Below are positions 45,938 through 59,530 of a stretch of DNA of 64,000 bases, one piece after another; positions within the stretch are counted from its first letter, which is position 1; each line of letters begins with the position of its first letter. Both the position numbers and the translations under genes were made by a program. The notes under the pieces are model-generated. The model searched no databases. It worked only from the letters and a program-made list of their open reading frames with translations, and was not told the origin of the DNA. Origin of the DNA: Vairimorpha necatrix (taxonomy: Eukaryota); NCBI GenBank assembly GCA_036630325.1, contig CP142727.1:558001-622000 (forward strand). Reading direction: 5' to 3'.

Positions 45938-47454
45938 GGGATCTAAGGCTGAAAAATTAAAACAAATAATTTTGAGTAATATTTTAATTAAATGTAGTAA
46001 GAGAATGTAAATTTTGTACTACAAAAAACATTATTAATTTTATAATTACTAAATATCTTTTTTCTACTACTTACAATATAGAAATGATGATTGTATATTT
46101 AGTTCCGACATTGATTTTAAGTGATTTGAAATTCAGAAAAATATAATAGAAAAATCGCCAAGAACTTTATTATATAAATTAAAAATTTTCATTAAATTAC
46201 TAATTAAAAAATAAAAATTGAATTTATAAAAACCATATTATAAGCAAAAGGCGCCAGATGTTAAACTTTAGTTCACACTACGATTATATAATAATTGTAG
46301 CTTTTTGGCTTGTCTAGAATATGAATATATACGAAATGTCTTTTTACACTATAATAAATCTTCTTTGCCAAAGTATTATACGTAATAGTGCTTCAAAAAA
46401 CACTTATAAATTGATAATTCACGAATACAAAAATGTTTATTTTTCGATAAAAATACATACTTGCATTGCATAGGTTGGGATTGAATAGATTTTGCTTCAA
46501 TTTCAATAAAAAATGCAAATTTATATTAAGAATAAATTAAATTAATTAATGAAGACGTCATTATAATTAACTTCATTATTTATATACCATTCCCAATGTT
46601 AAACACATTTGATGTTATTGTTATCGATGCTTTTATTACAAGAGCGCTTAAACTCATATTTGGTCTTTTGAGTCGACTCCTTGCAATATTTATTGCTAAA
46701 AACTATAGAGTTTTCTCTTATATGTATGTTTTTTATTTGATTTTTTTAGTTATTCGTCCTCTATAAAAAAATAAACTTGATGTTTTAGAACATCAGTATT
46801 TCATAAAATCATGTTTTTACTTTATAATGTGAATTTATAGCAAGATGTGTCAATTATCATATTCAATAAAAACCCTCAACGTTTTTCTTCATCTATGCAA
46901 GTAATTATACGGACATTAGAACGGAAATAACTTTCAAAATAAAAAAGTTTCAACGAGGTTAAATATTTGATTGAAAATTTTTAGAAGCCAATAGCCAAAT
47001 TTGATTACAAATTAATATTAATTTGACAAATGCATTGATTTTGAGTCTAACTAGTAGGAAAATAATTTTATTTTTACTCAAGTTTAGTGGGAAATTTCTT
47101 AAGGTAATTTTTGATTTAATTTAAAAATTTCATAGAAAAACAATTATGTCAAATGTGAAATGAAATTTGAGACCCATGTTGTTTTTAGAAGCTTGTAAAA
47201 AAAATTTACAAATTGGTTGATGCGTTGATAAATAAATAAAAATTCATAAAATACAATCGATATTTTAGATATTTTCATTCGATAATCTTTAAACTATATA
47301 AAAAAGTCTATTTTTCGCATTTCAATTTTAACTTTATTTTCTTCAAATCAAAATTTGCATATTTTGGATTGTACCTAGCATAAAAGATTGCTTAATCGTA
47401 ATCAGCATATACATATATAGATTTAACAAAAATAATTATCTACGTAATCTCTAA

Positions 47455-47690
47455 GGACGGTATAGTGACCCATTTACACAAATCATATACCACAAGACTT
47501 GGAATCTCCATGAAGGAATAAACGTTAATCCAGATGATTACACCGAAGAAGGCGCTAAAGCATTTCTCTGGACTACCAAAGATGAGGAAATGATGCCGAC
47601 GTGGAAAGAACTATGAAGTCTAAAAGCTACCTACAAGAAGGAGACGCTTAATGGAACCTGTTCTCGTTAAACTAGAAATATAAACTAGAT
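47455..47690 (+). mobile_element. 3' fragment of RLE-type non-LTR retrotransposon, subfamily 2
   Basis: Reverse-complement homology to 39560-39810 (GGTATAGTGACC, ATCCAGATGAT, GCATTTCTCTGGACT, AAGCTACCTACAAG). Confidence 0.7.
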
Positions 47691-47959
47691 TGAACATACA
47701 CAAATTGTATTCGTTTGTTTTTGGAATTCCTTTGTAATTGGTAATAGATTATAATTTAACGCAATTAAATCATGTTTAGTGTGTTCTTGGTAATATTCAT
47801 AACATATAAGGCATAAGTAAGATTCCACTTTTTTCTTTAATTTATATGACATGTTTGCGAAACTTACTAAGCTCATTTCCATTCTTTTTACATTCTGCAC
47901 AAAGCTTGTACCACAAATACTATTTTATTCCTAATTATCAAAAAGTCATCCTGAAAGAT

Positions 47960-49090
47960 TTGAATGTTATTTCCTTCTAATTATTGTTTTTGGTGCGATA
48001 ATGGATTTGGCATTGAAAATTTTTTAGACAAGCCTTTATGATAGATCTGAATTTTCTTGATAATAGATCAAAAATCAGTATGACCCACAAAGACAAGTAT
48101 GTAAAAATTGTAAAGTTTTATTAAACAAAGTATTGTCTGACTGTTGTGATAAATTAAATAATTATCGAGCTAAATTATACATCGATTGGTAAAGTTACAA
48201 CTGTAACGAGGGCGAAATTATAAAATTTATATTTTTTTAGAAAAATAATATTATACACATACAATAGCTGGTACATGACCGTTTAATCCCCGTTTTAAAA
48301 AATTCAAAAAAAGGGAAAAATAAAAAAAAATTATAAAAAAGAGACTTAACGATTTATTTTAAATAATTACAGAAGACAATTTATCTGGTGATTTTTGAGA
48401 ATTTGGAAAGCCCAGAGGAACTGTAAAAGGTACTCATAGTGTTCGTCTTTGTTTATGTCTAGATCGAATATCTCTTATAGAAATGAGCCAAAACCAACTA
48501 ATTTATATGGTATTGTGACTCAGAATCGCTAGGGGTTACAGCATTGATGGAGTGATTCATTGTACTGTGCTCCATCCCTTTGCTTGTCTAATTTGGCCTC
48601 ATTTGCTACACATTGATTAGAGATCATAATAGAAACAGGTTGTACATTATCTTGTATTACCTCAAGGAAAAGCAGTATTCTACTAGTTATAGAAACGAGC
48701 AAGGCACACGCCGATTCAGCATCAAATGTTTCCAAAATAAACCTTTCTTTGTTTTTCATGTATAAATACATTTCATTACTAAAAAGCTCATCTGCCTCAA
48801 CAAACATTGTTTTTGCTAACTAAGCCATTTTTGAAAAGAGTCCTTTAAACTTTCAAAGCGGGTTCCAAACGGTCATGTACCCAATAGCTATATGAAACAT
48901 TCGTTTTGACCTAAATGTTTATTATGTGATTTCACATACTTTGAAACAAGGTTTTGGGACAGTTTTTGTTGTACTTTGGGTTCAAATAATTATTTATAAG
49001 TCATTCCAAGCATCAGAACGATTAATACCACAGAAAAATAGGTCGAAAAAAATTTATTTTTTTAAAAACTTAGATTTTTTCTAAATTTAA
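47960..49090. repeat. Diverged duplicated non-coding segment (partner 59040-59530), interrupted by the Merlin MITE
   Basis: Colinear blocks CTTCTAATTATTGTTTTTG, GACAAGCC, TGTAACGAG, AATAGCTATATGAAACATTCGTTTTG and CAGAAAAATAGGT occur at both loci. Confidence 0.8.
48270..48881 (-). mobile_element. Merlin-type MITE, copy 2 (612 bp)
   Basis: TIRs GGTACATGACCGTTT / AAACGGTCATGTACC. Perfect 8-bp TSD CAATAGCT (48262-48269 and 48882-48889). GG termini with an 8-bp TSD fit Merlin. Internal remnant IQDNVQPVSIMISNQ resembles Merlin VxPGSxIxSD. Confidence 0.88.
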
Positions 49091-49199
49091 CACACATTTA
49101 CAAAAAAATTTACTTGTCTTTTTGTGGTATCCACCGCAATTAATTTCTAAATATTTCCTCACTTTCAATTTTTAGAAAAGTAAACTTTTAAGAAAAAAA

Positions 49200-50030
49200 T
49201 AATTTATTGAGTTAATTTATAATTAATTTTAAATAGTTTAAGCACACCTTTCCCCGGTACGGGCCATGGGATTCAGCTCTTCAAAGACTTTGGTTTATGT
49301 GAAATTATATATGTTTTCCAACTTCACTTTATTAGCTTCATTCCCCTTTGCCGACACCACTTTTTTAAAAGTCGCCATATTAGCTAGTGCACTTACAGCT
49401 TAGCCACTTCTTCTTCTCCTGCATATTCCTGTCCGTATCCTCGTCGTCGTTCCAAAGAGATGGACTCTAGAGTCTTCTTCAAACAATAGACTGGATGTAT
49501 GCATCCAGGTATGGTTGGATTTCCAGCCCCTGCTGTACTTTCTGTAATATTTTGTCACCAAACATCCCATGTCATTACGTAAGGAACTAATTTTACCGGA
49601 ATTTATGTATTAGTTCCAGTTTATTTGCAAGAAGAATATATTTTATTAATTTTTCATTCTCTACTAGAGTAAGTCGATTTTGGTTGGTTATACCAACTTC
49701 AACTATTAACATTTCTTTCTTCTTCTTGTCAAACACAAGAATATAAAGCTTATTATAGTTCCCCTTTATATTAGTGGATATTCGCGTATCTACTCTTATT
49801 TCGCACAATCATTTTCCATGATCTCTTGTACTGAGTGTCCATGTATTTTCTTTGTCTTATTAAACCCATTTTTAATACACAAATAAAATGAATGCATCTA
49901 AATACCTCGTTGTGTCTTTTCATATATCAAAACCCAACATTCGTTCACATTTGGTAGCTAAATGAACCACGGTCTTCCTTTAAGATCCACAATGTGGATA
50001 TTGTCCCTCTTGTCCACAGAAAGTATGTAC
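49200..50030 (-). mobile_element. 5'-truncated RLE-type (R4/Dong-like) non-LTR retrotransposon, subfamily 1
   Basis: Decayed CCHC finger (PHCGS...HLATKC), KRHNEV, the endonuclease region VFDKKKKEMLIVEVGIT...ENEK and VMTWD. Confidence 0.8.
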
Positions 50031-50329
50031 ATTCTAAAGTAAGCATTTGATTATATAAAAATTATTTTTAATAATAATAAGGAAAATTTTGTTATTTTTG
50101 TTAAATTCTGTGCTACAATTTGTTTGCTCTTTAGATGCAAATTTAATTAAAATTTTCTTTCTTAGAGATGGATATTTCTACAGTGTATTTGGGATTTAAG
50201 AGATTTTATTTTGTAAGAATTTTTAATAATTTAAATAAAATTGTTCCTTGTAATAAGAGGTGAAAGAAAATTTGCACAAGGGTAAGAAAAAATTGTATAT
50301 GTGACATTTATCCGTAAAATATCATTAGA

Positions 50330-53300
50330 TGTTATATTCAGAAATAGTATAAACCCCCAATTATGTTAAGCACTTATATGGGGGCGATACCTAAAGAAGA
50401 GTTCTCAAGAGAGAACTGTGGCCAAGTGGTCAGAAAGATGTTACAGGAGTTAGAGCGTATTTTGTATTAATTGGATTTGAGAGAGGTAGATAGAGTGAAA
50501 TGGAAGAGTGAGCTGTATAAGTTGGCTTCGATAGATATAAAAGATTTTATTGTGAGAAATATCAAAAAGGAAGAAAATATTGAAGGAATAAGGAAGAAGC
50601 TATTGTTGAAAGTTAAGGAAGTAGAGGAGGAAGAAAAGATATATGAGGAAATGAGAAAAATTATTTCTAGGACTATAAATGAAGAAATTAGTAGAGAACA
50701 ACCAAGACAAAAATCGAGAGTACCGAGATGCTTCTATTGTGATAGACAGGGGCATAGGGTGTTTGAATGCAGACTGAAGATTAATAGAGATAATTATTAT
50801 AAAAAGAATAACAAGGATAACAGTTGCAAAATGGAAGTAGGTAGTGAATCAGAGTCAAGTCAGGAGCGAGATTTTAGAAGATCAAAAAGAGGACTTAGAG
50901 TCAAATTTGAGAAAAATCAAAAAGAATATGCCGTTAAAGAGGAGAGTAAATGAATCAGAATAAATTTAGATAAGTATGCTAAGAGTTTTGGAGAGGTTTT
51001 TAAGTTAGGAAAAGAGGAGATAAAATATTGTAAACTGGAAAAATGTAAAATTAATACTGAAGCGGGTATGAAGGTATTTAAAAAGGGACAAATGGTTCCG
51101 CAGGCGTTGATAAAAGATACAGAGCTAAATCTAGAAGATTTATTAAAAAGGAAAGTGATAAGAGAGTCAAATTCAAGTTGGAGGAATCCTATAAGGTCAA
51201 TCAGAAAGCCAAATGGTGAGATAAGACTGGTTAGTAATTTGATGGCATTGAACGATATTGTGGAAAAGGACGAGTATAGATTGTCTAACATAAGAGATGT
51301 TGTGAGAGCTACACAAGGTGCTAAATATATGACGGTTTTCGACTTAAAAGAGGCCTTCTATAGTATTGAGATAGAGGAGGAGGATAAACATAAGACGGCG
51401 TTTGATTTTAATGGCAAGATTTATGAATGGAACTCTATGGCTATGGGTTATAAGAATAGCCCGCAGATATTGCAGAGGATTTTGGATAGAATTTTTAGAG
51501 ATATGAAAGGCAAAGGAGTAGAGGTGTATATGGACGATATTGTGTTGTACAGCCGAACGATAGGAGAACACGAGCAATTAGTCAAAATAGTTATAAATAG
51601 ACTGAAAAAAAAAAAAATATGAAGCTGAATGCAAATAAAGTTCAGTTTTGATAACGGGAAGTTAAATTATTGGGAGTCACTTTAAATGGAAAAGATATAA
51701 TACCGTCAGAGATAAAGAAAAATGAAGCCCTAAAGTTTCCGATAGTAACATGCGTGTCAGATGTAAGAAGATTTTTAGGAATGACGGGTTGGTTCAGAGA
51801 TTTTATTAAGAATTTTGCCGGATTGACAGTTAGGTTGACAGACAGTTTAAAAGGGAAAAATGATAATTGGAAGTGGACAGATGATATGAACAACAACTTT
51901 GATAATTTAAAAGAAGTATGGAAAGGCCTAGGAAAGCTGCAAATAGCAGATTATGATAAAGAATTTTTGTTGAGGACTGAAGCTAGTAATGTAGGCATGG
52001 GTGCAGTATTGTTACATAAAAATAATCAAGGAGAATGGATGCCAGTACAAATGGCGTCTAAGAAGTTTACCGTTACGGAGGTTAATTATGGAATATCAGA
52101 AAAATAAATGTACGCAGTTTTTTGGGGCTTTAAAATGTTTGAATATGAATTAAGAGGTAGGAAATTTAGAATAGAAATTGACATAAAGCGTTGGGCGAAA
52201 CAAAAAACAAGAAACTAGCCCGACTTTAATTATGCTAGAATTAATAGATGGCCGAGAAGATTCGGGAATTTGATTTCGAGATCGAATATAGAATTCAGAA
52301 AATATGGTCGTAGCCGATGCGCTAAGTAGGGTATATACAAAAGAAAAAGAGAAATGAAACACGCCGTGATAGACAAATAGAAGGGAAAAGGAATAAGCAC
52401 GTAAAAAAAGTAGAAGATAAAGAATGTTGGGTATTTGATAGTGGTAGAGAGGGCGAGATGCCTTTGGAATAAGACAGAGAGGGATTAATAATGAATTGTC
52501 ATGTCAATTTGAGCCACAGAAGCAGAACAACGGTATATTATGAGTTGAGGAAACAGTATTATTGGCCAGGAATTAAGGATCAGATCGAAAAGGTCCTTAA
52601 GAATTGCGAGACTTGTCAGATTTTTAATAGAAAACCGAGTGGCGGTACTGATTTAGTATGCACACAAGAAATTTAGAGAAGGTTGGCTTAGATTAAAGAA
52701 ATCAGGGATGAGAAAGCGTTTATTGTTTTGGCAGTTGATTACTTTACAAGGAGATTAGGAGGAAGAGCATTGAAGAGCAAGCACGCATCTGGAATTGTCG
52801 AATTTATTAAGGATTTGTGTAAACAGGGTAGAAAACCAGAGGAAATCATTACGGATAATGGTAAAGAGTTTTGCAACGAAAAAGTTACTGAGCTATGTAG
52901 AAATTTGGATATTATTCAAAGAAAGGTCAACGTTGAGTCGAACAGAAGTAATGAAGAGTAGAAAGAGTTATTAAAACTGTAAGAGATAGTATTTTAAAGA
53001 GCCAAAAAGAGAAATTCGAGAACAAGGTTTATAAAGCTATTGAGAAATATAATTTAAGTTTTCATGCTGGTATTAAGTGCACGCCAGTAGAAGCTTTAAC
53101 CGATAATACAGGAAATGTTAGTATGGAGAATAGTCCAGAGGGAAAGTATGCGCAACAGTTCAAAAGTTGGTTTAGAGAAAAGTTCAAAAGGAACCAGATA
53201 GTTAGGGTTGCCAAGAATGAGAATTTAAAGGGATGTAGTAAGTATAGTAAGGGTCGATTTTTAGACATAAGAAGAGTGATTGAGCTATGTCCAGGGGATT

Positions 53301-53459
53301 CATATATAGTGAGATTAGAGAATGGAAGGTTGGTGAAAAAAAGGCATTATGATCTTAAGGGTGTAGGGGATTTAAAGTATGTTGAAGGAGACTAACCGTC
53401 TGGAGGGGGATGTAATAATCAGTAATAATATTAAACCCCAATTATGTTAAGCACTTATG
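50330..53459 (+). mobile_element. Decayed copy of Ty3/gypsy family B (pseudogenised gag-pol)
   Basis: Colinear with 25871-29013. LTRs 50330-50378 and 53411-53459 differ at 7 of 49 positions. Same PBS and near-identical PPT. Stops at 50468 and 50951, poly-A frameshift near 51605-51618, further indels. Confidence 0.95.
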
Positions 53460-53721
53460 TTTATTATTCTTTGGAATATTTTTTTTTGCTTTCTTCTTTC
53501 AAAAAAATTGGTAAAAATGTTTATAATATTTTCTGGAATCGTATTAAGTAAGCCAATCATGCACCGAGATATTTGAATTACTACTGACGACATGATGTTT
53601 ATTACGTTTTAATTGAAGTTTGCGCCCATTAAATATATTGATTACTGAGTTTATCACAATTATTTTTATATTTTTTAATAAATAAAATACATTTCCTGGG
53701 TTAAACAAAGAATTCATTTTA

Positions 53722-53848
53722 CTGAGGTTTCCAGGTTAAGAGATCCACCCAAAAAGTCGAATTTTACGACTTTTAAAAGGAAATTTTTATTCTTGTAAGA
53801 GATCCATGTTCTTTTCTATGGGTGGATCTCTTAACCAAGAAACCCTGG
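53722..53848. mobile_element. 127-bp MITE flanked by TA (Tc1/mariner-like)
   Basis: About 30-bp imperfect TIRs with a perfect 18-bp core GGTTAAGAGATCCACCCA (53734-53751 / 53819-53836). TA on both sides. Confidence 0.7.
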
Positions 53849-54853
53849 TACTATGGAAGTGGAAGCCAGTTGTTATTAAGATGTACATATTTCATATAAA
53901 CAAAAGGGGTTCGGTGTGTAATGACGTATGGGAGTGTCAAAGTTGCGAAATGCATACAAAACACGGAAGGAAATCAATTTATGATTAAAAAAAGAATACG
54001 CCTTAAAAATCTTATAATTAAACTCTAATAAGTTTTTTAAAGAGAGTTTAGACGAAGATCCGACTTAAGAATGAGAATTCTGATGATAAAACATTTAAAT
54101 TAGAATCATTACAATAATTTAAAACAAAATTAAACATATATAACCACTTTAAAAAAATTGATTTTTATTTAAATAGTATATTTTTTAACTTTATATGCAT
54201 AATCACATCATCTCGGGAATTCTATAAGTTTTTAGTATTTGCAAATATTTAGAATTAAAATGTTAGACATCTGCAGAATATCATTACAAACGTAAAACAA
54301 TATTAAACAGTGAGCATGCCCTTTTGGCTTGTATATATCGTAGCTATGTCTTTCAAAAAACATCTTTAATGTCCCGCATTTCTCAGTCGGGGCATGACTT
54401 GATAAAACAACAAGGATCGTCAAACACTATTCAACATGCATTCTAAGTAAATTCGATATGTTATAATAAGTCTTTTTATGAGGAAAATTATACAGCATAA
54501 GTGCTTAATATTGTTTGCGTCATTAAAGAATAGATTAAAACATGAGAGAAGGGTTTTATTTGTATTAGATTGATATATGTTTGTAGTATTGCTTTGTACA
54601 TCAATAAAAAAAATAATTAATCTAGTGTCAAGGCACTCACTCGCAATCTTATCTCTTTCACTTCGAATCTTGCCGGTTTTTTAAAAAGCTCTTCGGCCCC
54701 AATTGGCTATACTCCCAAATTCAACCAATTATATAAAGCTTAGTTCTGTATCTTGATAGTAGCTGATTACTGCCCTCTAGCTAATCATGTATTAATTTCA
54801 TTATTGATCATATAATACCAATCAGATAACTTTCCAAAATATTAAAAGTCATT

Positions 54854-56041
54854 TTAATAATCATATTCATACTCATACAACCAAGGTTTATATTTTCTAT
54901 TTATTTGGAGCATTTTTCGTATTAACATCTTTCTTGTTATACTTACATCTATTATATAGTACTCTATTTCTTTATGTACAATTTTTTTAAGCCCAAGCTC
55001 GTTCGATAAAGTTTCAATGTATGGATAATCAAATATAATAATTGTTCTTACATTTTTTTTTCTACAGGATACAATATAATAATCCACTTCTTGCCCCCGA
55101 GAAAAACTGATGAGTTTGTAATTACCGTGTCCTTTTTTATCTTGTTCATATTCATGTACATTTTTAGCTTCTCGATCTATCCAATTTTCAAATTGATATT
55201 TTATAACTGAGATGCCAAAACTATCGTATATTGAAACGTAACTTTTGTAGTTTTTTTGTAACATTATACTTGTACTCTGGTATTGGTCATTTCTTCTTGC
55301 TTTGTTTATGTTTTTAATTTCGTTTTTTAATTCACTCTTCGATTTACGTGATAATTTTTTCAATTTTTTATATTCTGCAATATCGTGAAAACTAACCCTT
55401 CTTTTTAAGAATTTTGTGTCCATTAAAATCGGAATAATAAGTAGTGAAGCAATCTGAGAGCAAAGTTGATTTTTATTTTGTAAAAAATTTTTTGTCCCAC
55501 TTTTTGCTTTCTTTGATAGATCATTTGCAAGATATCTTGATACTAAAGTTGAGCATGATCCTACGCCGGTGTCAATGTAAATTTTCTTTATTTGTGAAAT
55601 CGCATGAGTTGTTGTATGATGATCTATTATCATTTCTACTTTACAATGTTCTAATTCTTTAATAGGTTCATTATGATCAGTTAATATTAATTTAATGTGT
55701 TTAGATTTTATATAAATTTTCTTATTGCCTACTAATAGATATGGATCAAATTGCCCAATTTCAATAAAGGGCGGTGTAACGTTCCTTTCTAGGAATATTA
55801 AGTCCTCTGTGTTTATTTGATATTTTTCGCATACCCAGATCAAATCTCCTTTACTTTTAAATACCTCTTTCCTCATGTTTACTACAAATATTGCATTTAT
55901 AGCGTGTGCTAATACTAATGAACTTATAAATGAGTCAATATCACATGTAATACTTCCCATACAAATCTTTAAGCGCTGTTTTTGAATTCTTTTTATATTT
56001 TTTTTAAAAAAATTCTCTAGACTTTCTTTTAATTCGATCAT
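54854..56041 (-). CDS. PPX1: DHH-family exopolyphosphatase (Ppx1/Prune-like)
   Basis: Motifs GSITCDIDS, LTDHN, IIDHH, GSCSTLV and ILMDT. CCCCC-ATG start. Confidence 0.85.
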   Translation of the reverse strand: MIELKESLENFFKKNIKRIQKQRLKICMGSITCDIDSFISSLVLAHAINAIFVVNMRKEVFKSKGDLIWVCEKYQINTEDLIFLERNVTPPFIEIGQFDPYLLVGNKKIYIKSKHIKLILTDHNEPIKELEHCKVEMIIDHHTTTHAISQIKKIYIDTGVGSCSTLVSRYLANDLSKKAKSGTKNFLQNKNQLCSQIASLLIIPILMDTKFLKRRVSFHDIAEYKKLKKLSRKSKSELKNEIKNINKARRNDQYQSTSIMLQKNYKSYVSIYDSFGISVIKYQFENWIDREAKNVHEYEQDKKGHGNYKLISFSRGQEVDYYIVSCRKKNVRTIIIFDYPYIETLSNELGLKKIVHKEIEYYIIDVSITRKMLIRKMLQINRKYKPWLYEYEYDY

Positions 56042-58019
56042 GGGGGCTATGGATTATTTTTTTAGTTCTTTCATAATATTTCTAAATCATTGGATATTAA
56101 ATTAATTATTTCATATTGTAATGTTTTTTAGGCAATAATTAAGTTTCTTTGTTGACGGTATTAAAGTTATATTTGTAGGAAGAGATACACGTTTCAAATT
56201 TAACGTGACATTGTTTTGATATATTTGACGCTGTGATTCTTTAAATATTTTATAATAAAGAAACCCATGTTTTCATTCCAACAATATTTATTTATTTAAG
56301 TATTAATTTAAAAAAATTTCCAATTCATACTAGAGAAATTTCAGAAAGAAAAATGTTTTAAAGAATTTTCGATTCATTACCTCATGATCGAAAAATTGTT
56401 AGGACAGGTTCAAGTGTACACTTAGATATGCAGTTGAAAAGAATAAGTTTTATGTTGACAGCTCTAATGAAAGACTAAGAAAGCAATCTACTGTTTGCTA
56501 ATAGTTATAGACCTACCAATGTAATGAAATCTTGAATAACCAAGTAACTTGACATTTGTTTATAAAGTTTTAAATATCTTTAATGTGTCACCAGCAATTA
56601 TATAAACAAAATACTTTACTGGGGGAATGAAATGAGTAAGCAGATCAAACAAAAAGGGTCGAAAAGAGCATTGGACAATTTAACATCAAAAACAATATTA
56701 CTTCGACAAGCGGAAACCTCACGGAAATAATTCCGAGTTACCTCTTCAAAACTTCAACAAGTTAAAGATATAAAAATCTTAGTAAAAAATATAAATGATT
56801 CAAAAATACCTATTATTTTTTTTAACGAACAGATGAAAAATACCAAAATTAAAAGTTTTCAAAATTTATTTCTACTATAAAATAATGTTTATGATATTTT
56901 CAAATTGTCTATAATTATATTTGTCTATTTCTGTTAACTGAGCTTTAAAAATATTGTGGTTTGTGTTGTTACTATTAAACATGTTAGTGTCAATTTTTGG
57001 GTGCAAACATTTACTGACTCTTTGTTTTATTTTAAAATACATGCAAATAATGTCTTTTTAAAATTTATTTTGTTTTGTAAGACGCAGTAAACTCGCAAAA
57101 ATTTCGCTATTATTTCAAATATTAAAAAAACATCAATTCGATGGCTCAATAAAGTGTTGTCTCGAAATTGAAAAGTTTTATAACCTTCACAATAATATCT
57201 TCTATGATTATTCTATTTATAAATGAAAATTACAAAAACAATTGATCGTTTTTCGTCGTGATGTATTTGACGTGTCAATTTTAATTATCAATGGAACCAT
57301 CCCATGTTTTTTTCAACGTAAAGCATTAGTGCATTTACAATATAATCAATTGGCAATTTCCATTTTACTCCTTCTACATTTATAAATATCATTTTTTAAA
57401 TAACTAAGACGTTAAAAAAAGGAGAAAATAAATTATTTATAAAATTGAGAAAATAGGCATAGTAGTTCTAATTTGCCTATATTATATGTAAAACATAATA
57501 ATAAAACACTTATAATATTTCTTTTTTTAAATTGTGTTTTAATAGATATCTAAATACAAAACAAATTTTTTTATGTCATTATAACTAAATTTAAATGCTG
57601 ATTATAATGTTTTCTTGTCTTTTATGTTGTTTAAAACAGATCTAAGGTTTTTTATTGTTATTTTATAATAAATATATAAAAAATTAGCATGTTTTTTTAA
57701 TTTTTTGGTTTCTATCGACAAATAGGAAGTAAAATTTCATATTTATGTTCTATAAAAATTCATTTGTATCATATAACATTGAAATTATAAACTATAAAAT
57801 ATGAAATGCTCAAAATTTATTTCATTTTTTAATATAGATATACGTTACTTACTTATTTTTATTTAAAACATCATAACATACCTTTTAATATTCATTGTGC
57901 ATATATTCTCAACATATATCCATTTATTATACATATTTATATATAGTAAGTAGCAGATTTGATTAAGTAAGTAGTAAAATAATGAAATATTTAAAAACAA
58001 AAGAATATTTGTTTAATTT

Positions 58020-58670
58020 ATTAATACGTGGACACATAGTACAAGAGATCATGGAAAATGATCGTGCGGAAATAAGAGTAGATACGCAAATATCACTAAT
58101 ATAAAGGTGACCTATAGTACACTTATATTCTTGTGTTTGAAAAGAAGAAGAAGAAATTTTAATGGTTGAAGTTGGTATGACCAACCATGATCGACTTACT
58201 CTAGTTGAGAATGAAAAACTAAGAAAATATGACCTTCTTTGTTATGTTTGGAACTAATACATAAAAAAGGTAAAATTAGTTCCTTATGTAATGACATGGG
58301 ATGGATGGTGACAAAAAATCACAGAAAGTACATCAGGGAGCTGGAAATCCAACCCTCCATGAAGCATATATCCAGTCTATTGTGATGAAAAAGACTTTAT
58401 AGTCCATCTCTTTAAACAACGACGACGAGGATACAACCAGGAAGATCCAGGAGAGAAAGAAGTGGCTAGAGCTGTAAGCGCACTATGCAATATGGCGACT
58501 GTTAAAGAAGTGTGGCCGGCAAAGGGGAATGAAGCTGAAAGTTCGAAGTTGAAAAGCATAAATAATTTCACATAAACTAAAGTCTGTAAAGAGCCGAATC
58601 CCATGAGCGATACCGGGGAAAGCTGTGCTATTAAGATTAAGCTTAATGATAAATTAACTCAATAAATCTT
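58020..58670 (+). mobile_element. 5'-truncated RLE-type non-LTR retrotransposon, subfamily 1 (inverted partner of 49200-50030)
   Basis: Reverse-complement homology, e.g. GAAATAAGAGTAGATACG, CGACTTACTCTAGT, GTAATGACATGGGATG, TACCGGGGAAAG and AAATTAACTCAATAAAT. Confidence 0.8.
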
Positions 58671-59039
58671 TAATTTTCTATTACATTTATTTATTTTTAG
58701 TCATTATGTTGTTTAATTAAAATTTTGTTCCTTTTCGTTCCGTTCACTTTAAATTGTAAAAAATCAGAATATTTTTTTTGTAAAAATTGGTGTTTATATA
58801 TGTAAGGGGTGTAAAGTAGAAATGCTTTACATTGATCATGTATACTATATTCACGATAACAATCATAACACATACAGCTTATATTAAGTATATAATTTTG
58901 TTTTCTTTATTCATTATGTAATTTTTTTTGCAACTTCTCGAGGCTGGACTGTCCATATTTTTTTACATTCTGCCCAAATATCAGACTACGGATAACATTG
59001 TTCGACCCAAAAACATAGGCAGAATTCAAACCTTGATAC

Positions 59040-59530
59040 TATACGTTATTCTCTTCTAATTATTGTTTTTGATGTAATAATGAATTTGGCATTAAAATTT
59101 TCATTGGACAAGCCCTTATATTAGATCTAAATTTTCTTGGTATTAGATTAAAAATGAGTAAAACCCACAAAAGCAAGCATGTATAGATTGGATAGTCTAA
59201 ACATAGTAATTCGCGCGAATTATAATAAATATAATAATAATCGAAAAAAATTTACATACATTGATACATTACAAATGTAACGAGAACAAAATGATAAAAT
59301 TTATATTTTCTTAGGGAAAATAGTATCATACAGACAAAATAGCTATATGAAACATTCGTTTTGGCCTAATTGTTTTTATGATATTTCACATACAACGAAA
59401 CATGGTCACGGAACAGTTTTTGTTGTATCTTGGATTCAAATAATTATTTATGAATCATATTAAGAATCAGAACGATCAATACTACAGAAAAATAGGTTGA
59501 AAAAATTTTATTTTTTTAAAACATAGATTT
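59040..59530. repeat. Diverged duplicated non-coding segment (empty-site version of 47960-49090)
   Basis: Continuous homology across the MITE insertion point, with a single AAATAGCT at 59337-59344. Confidence 0.8.

Noticed and set aside
56380-56560. Possible Merlin transposase remnant (IVRTGSSVHLD)
   Set aside because: A single weak motif without supporting neighbours or TIRs.
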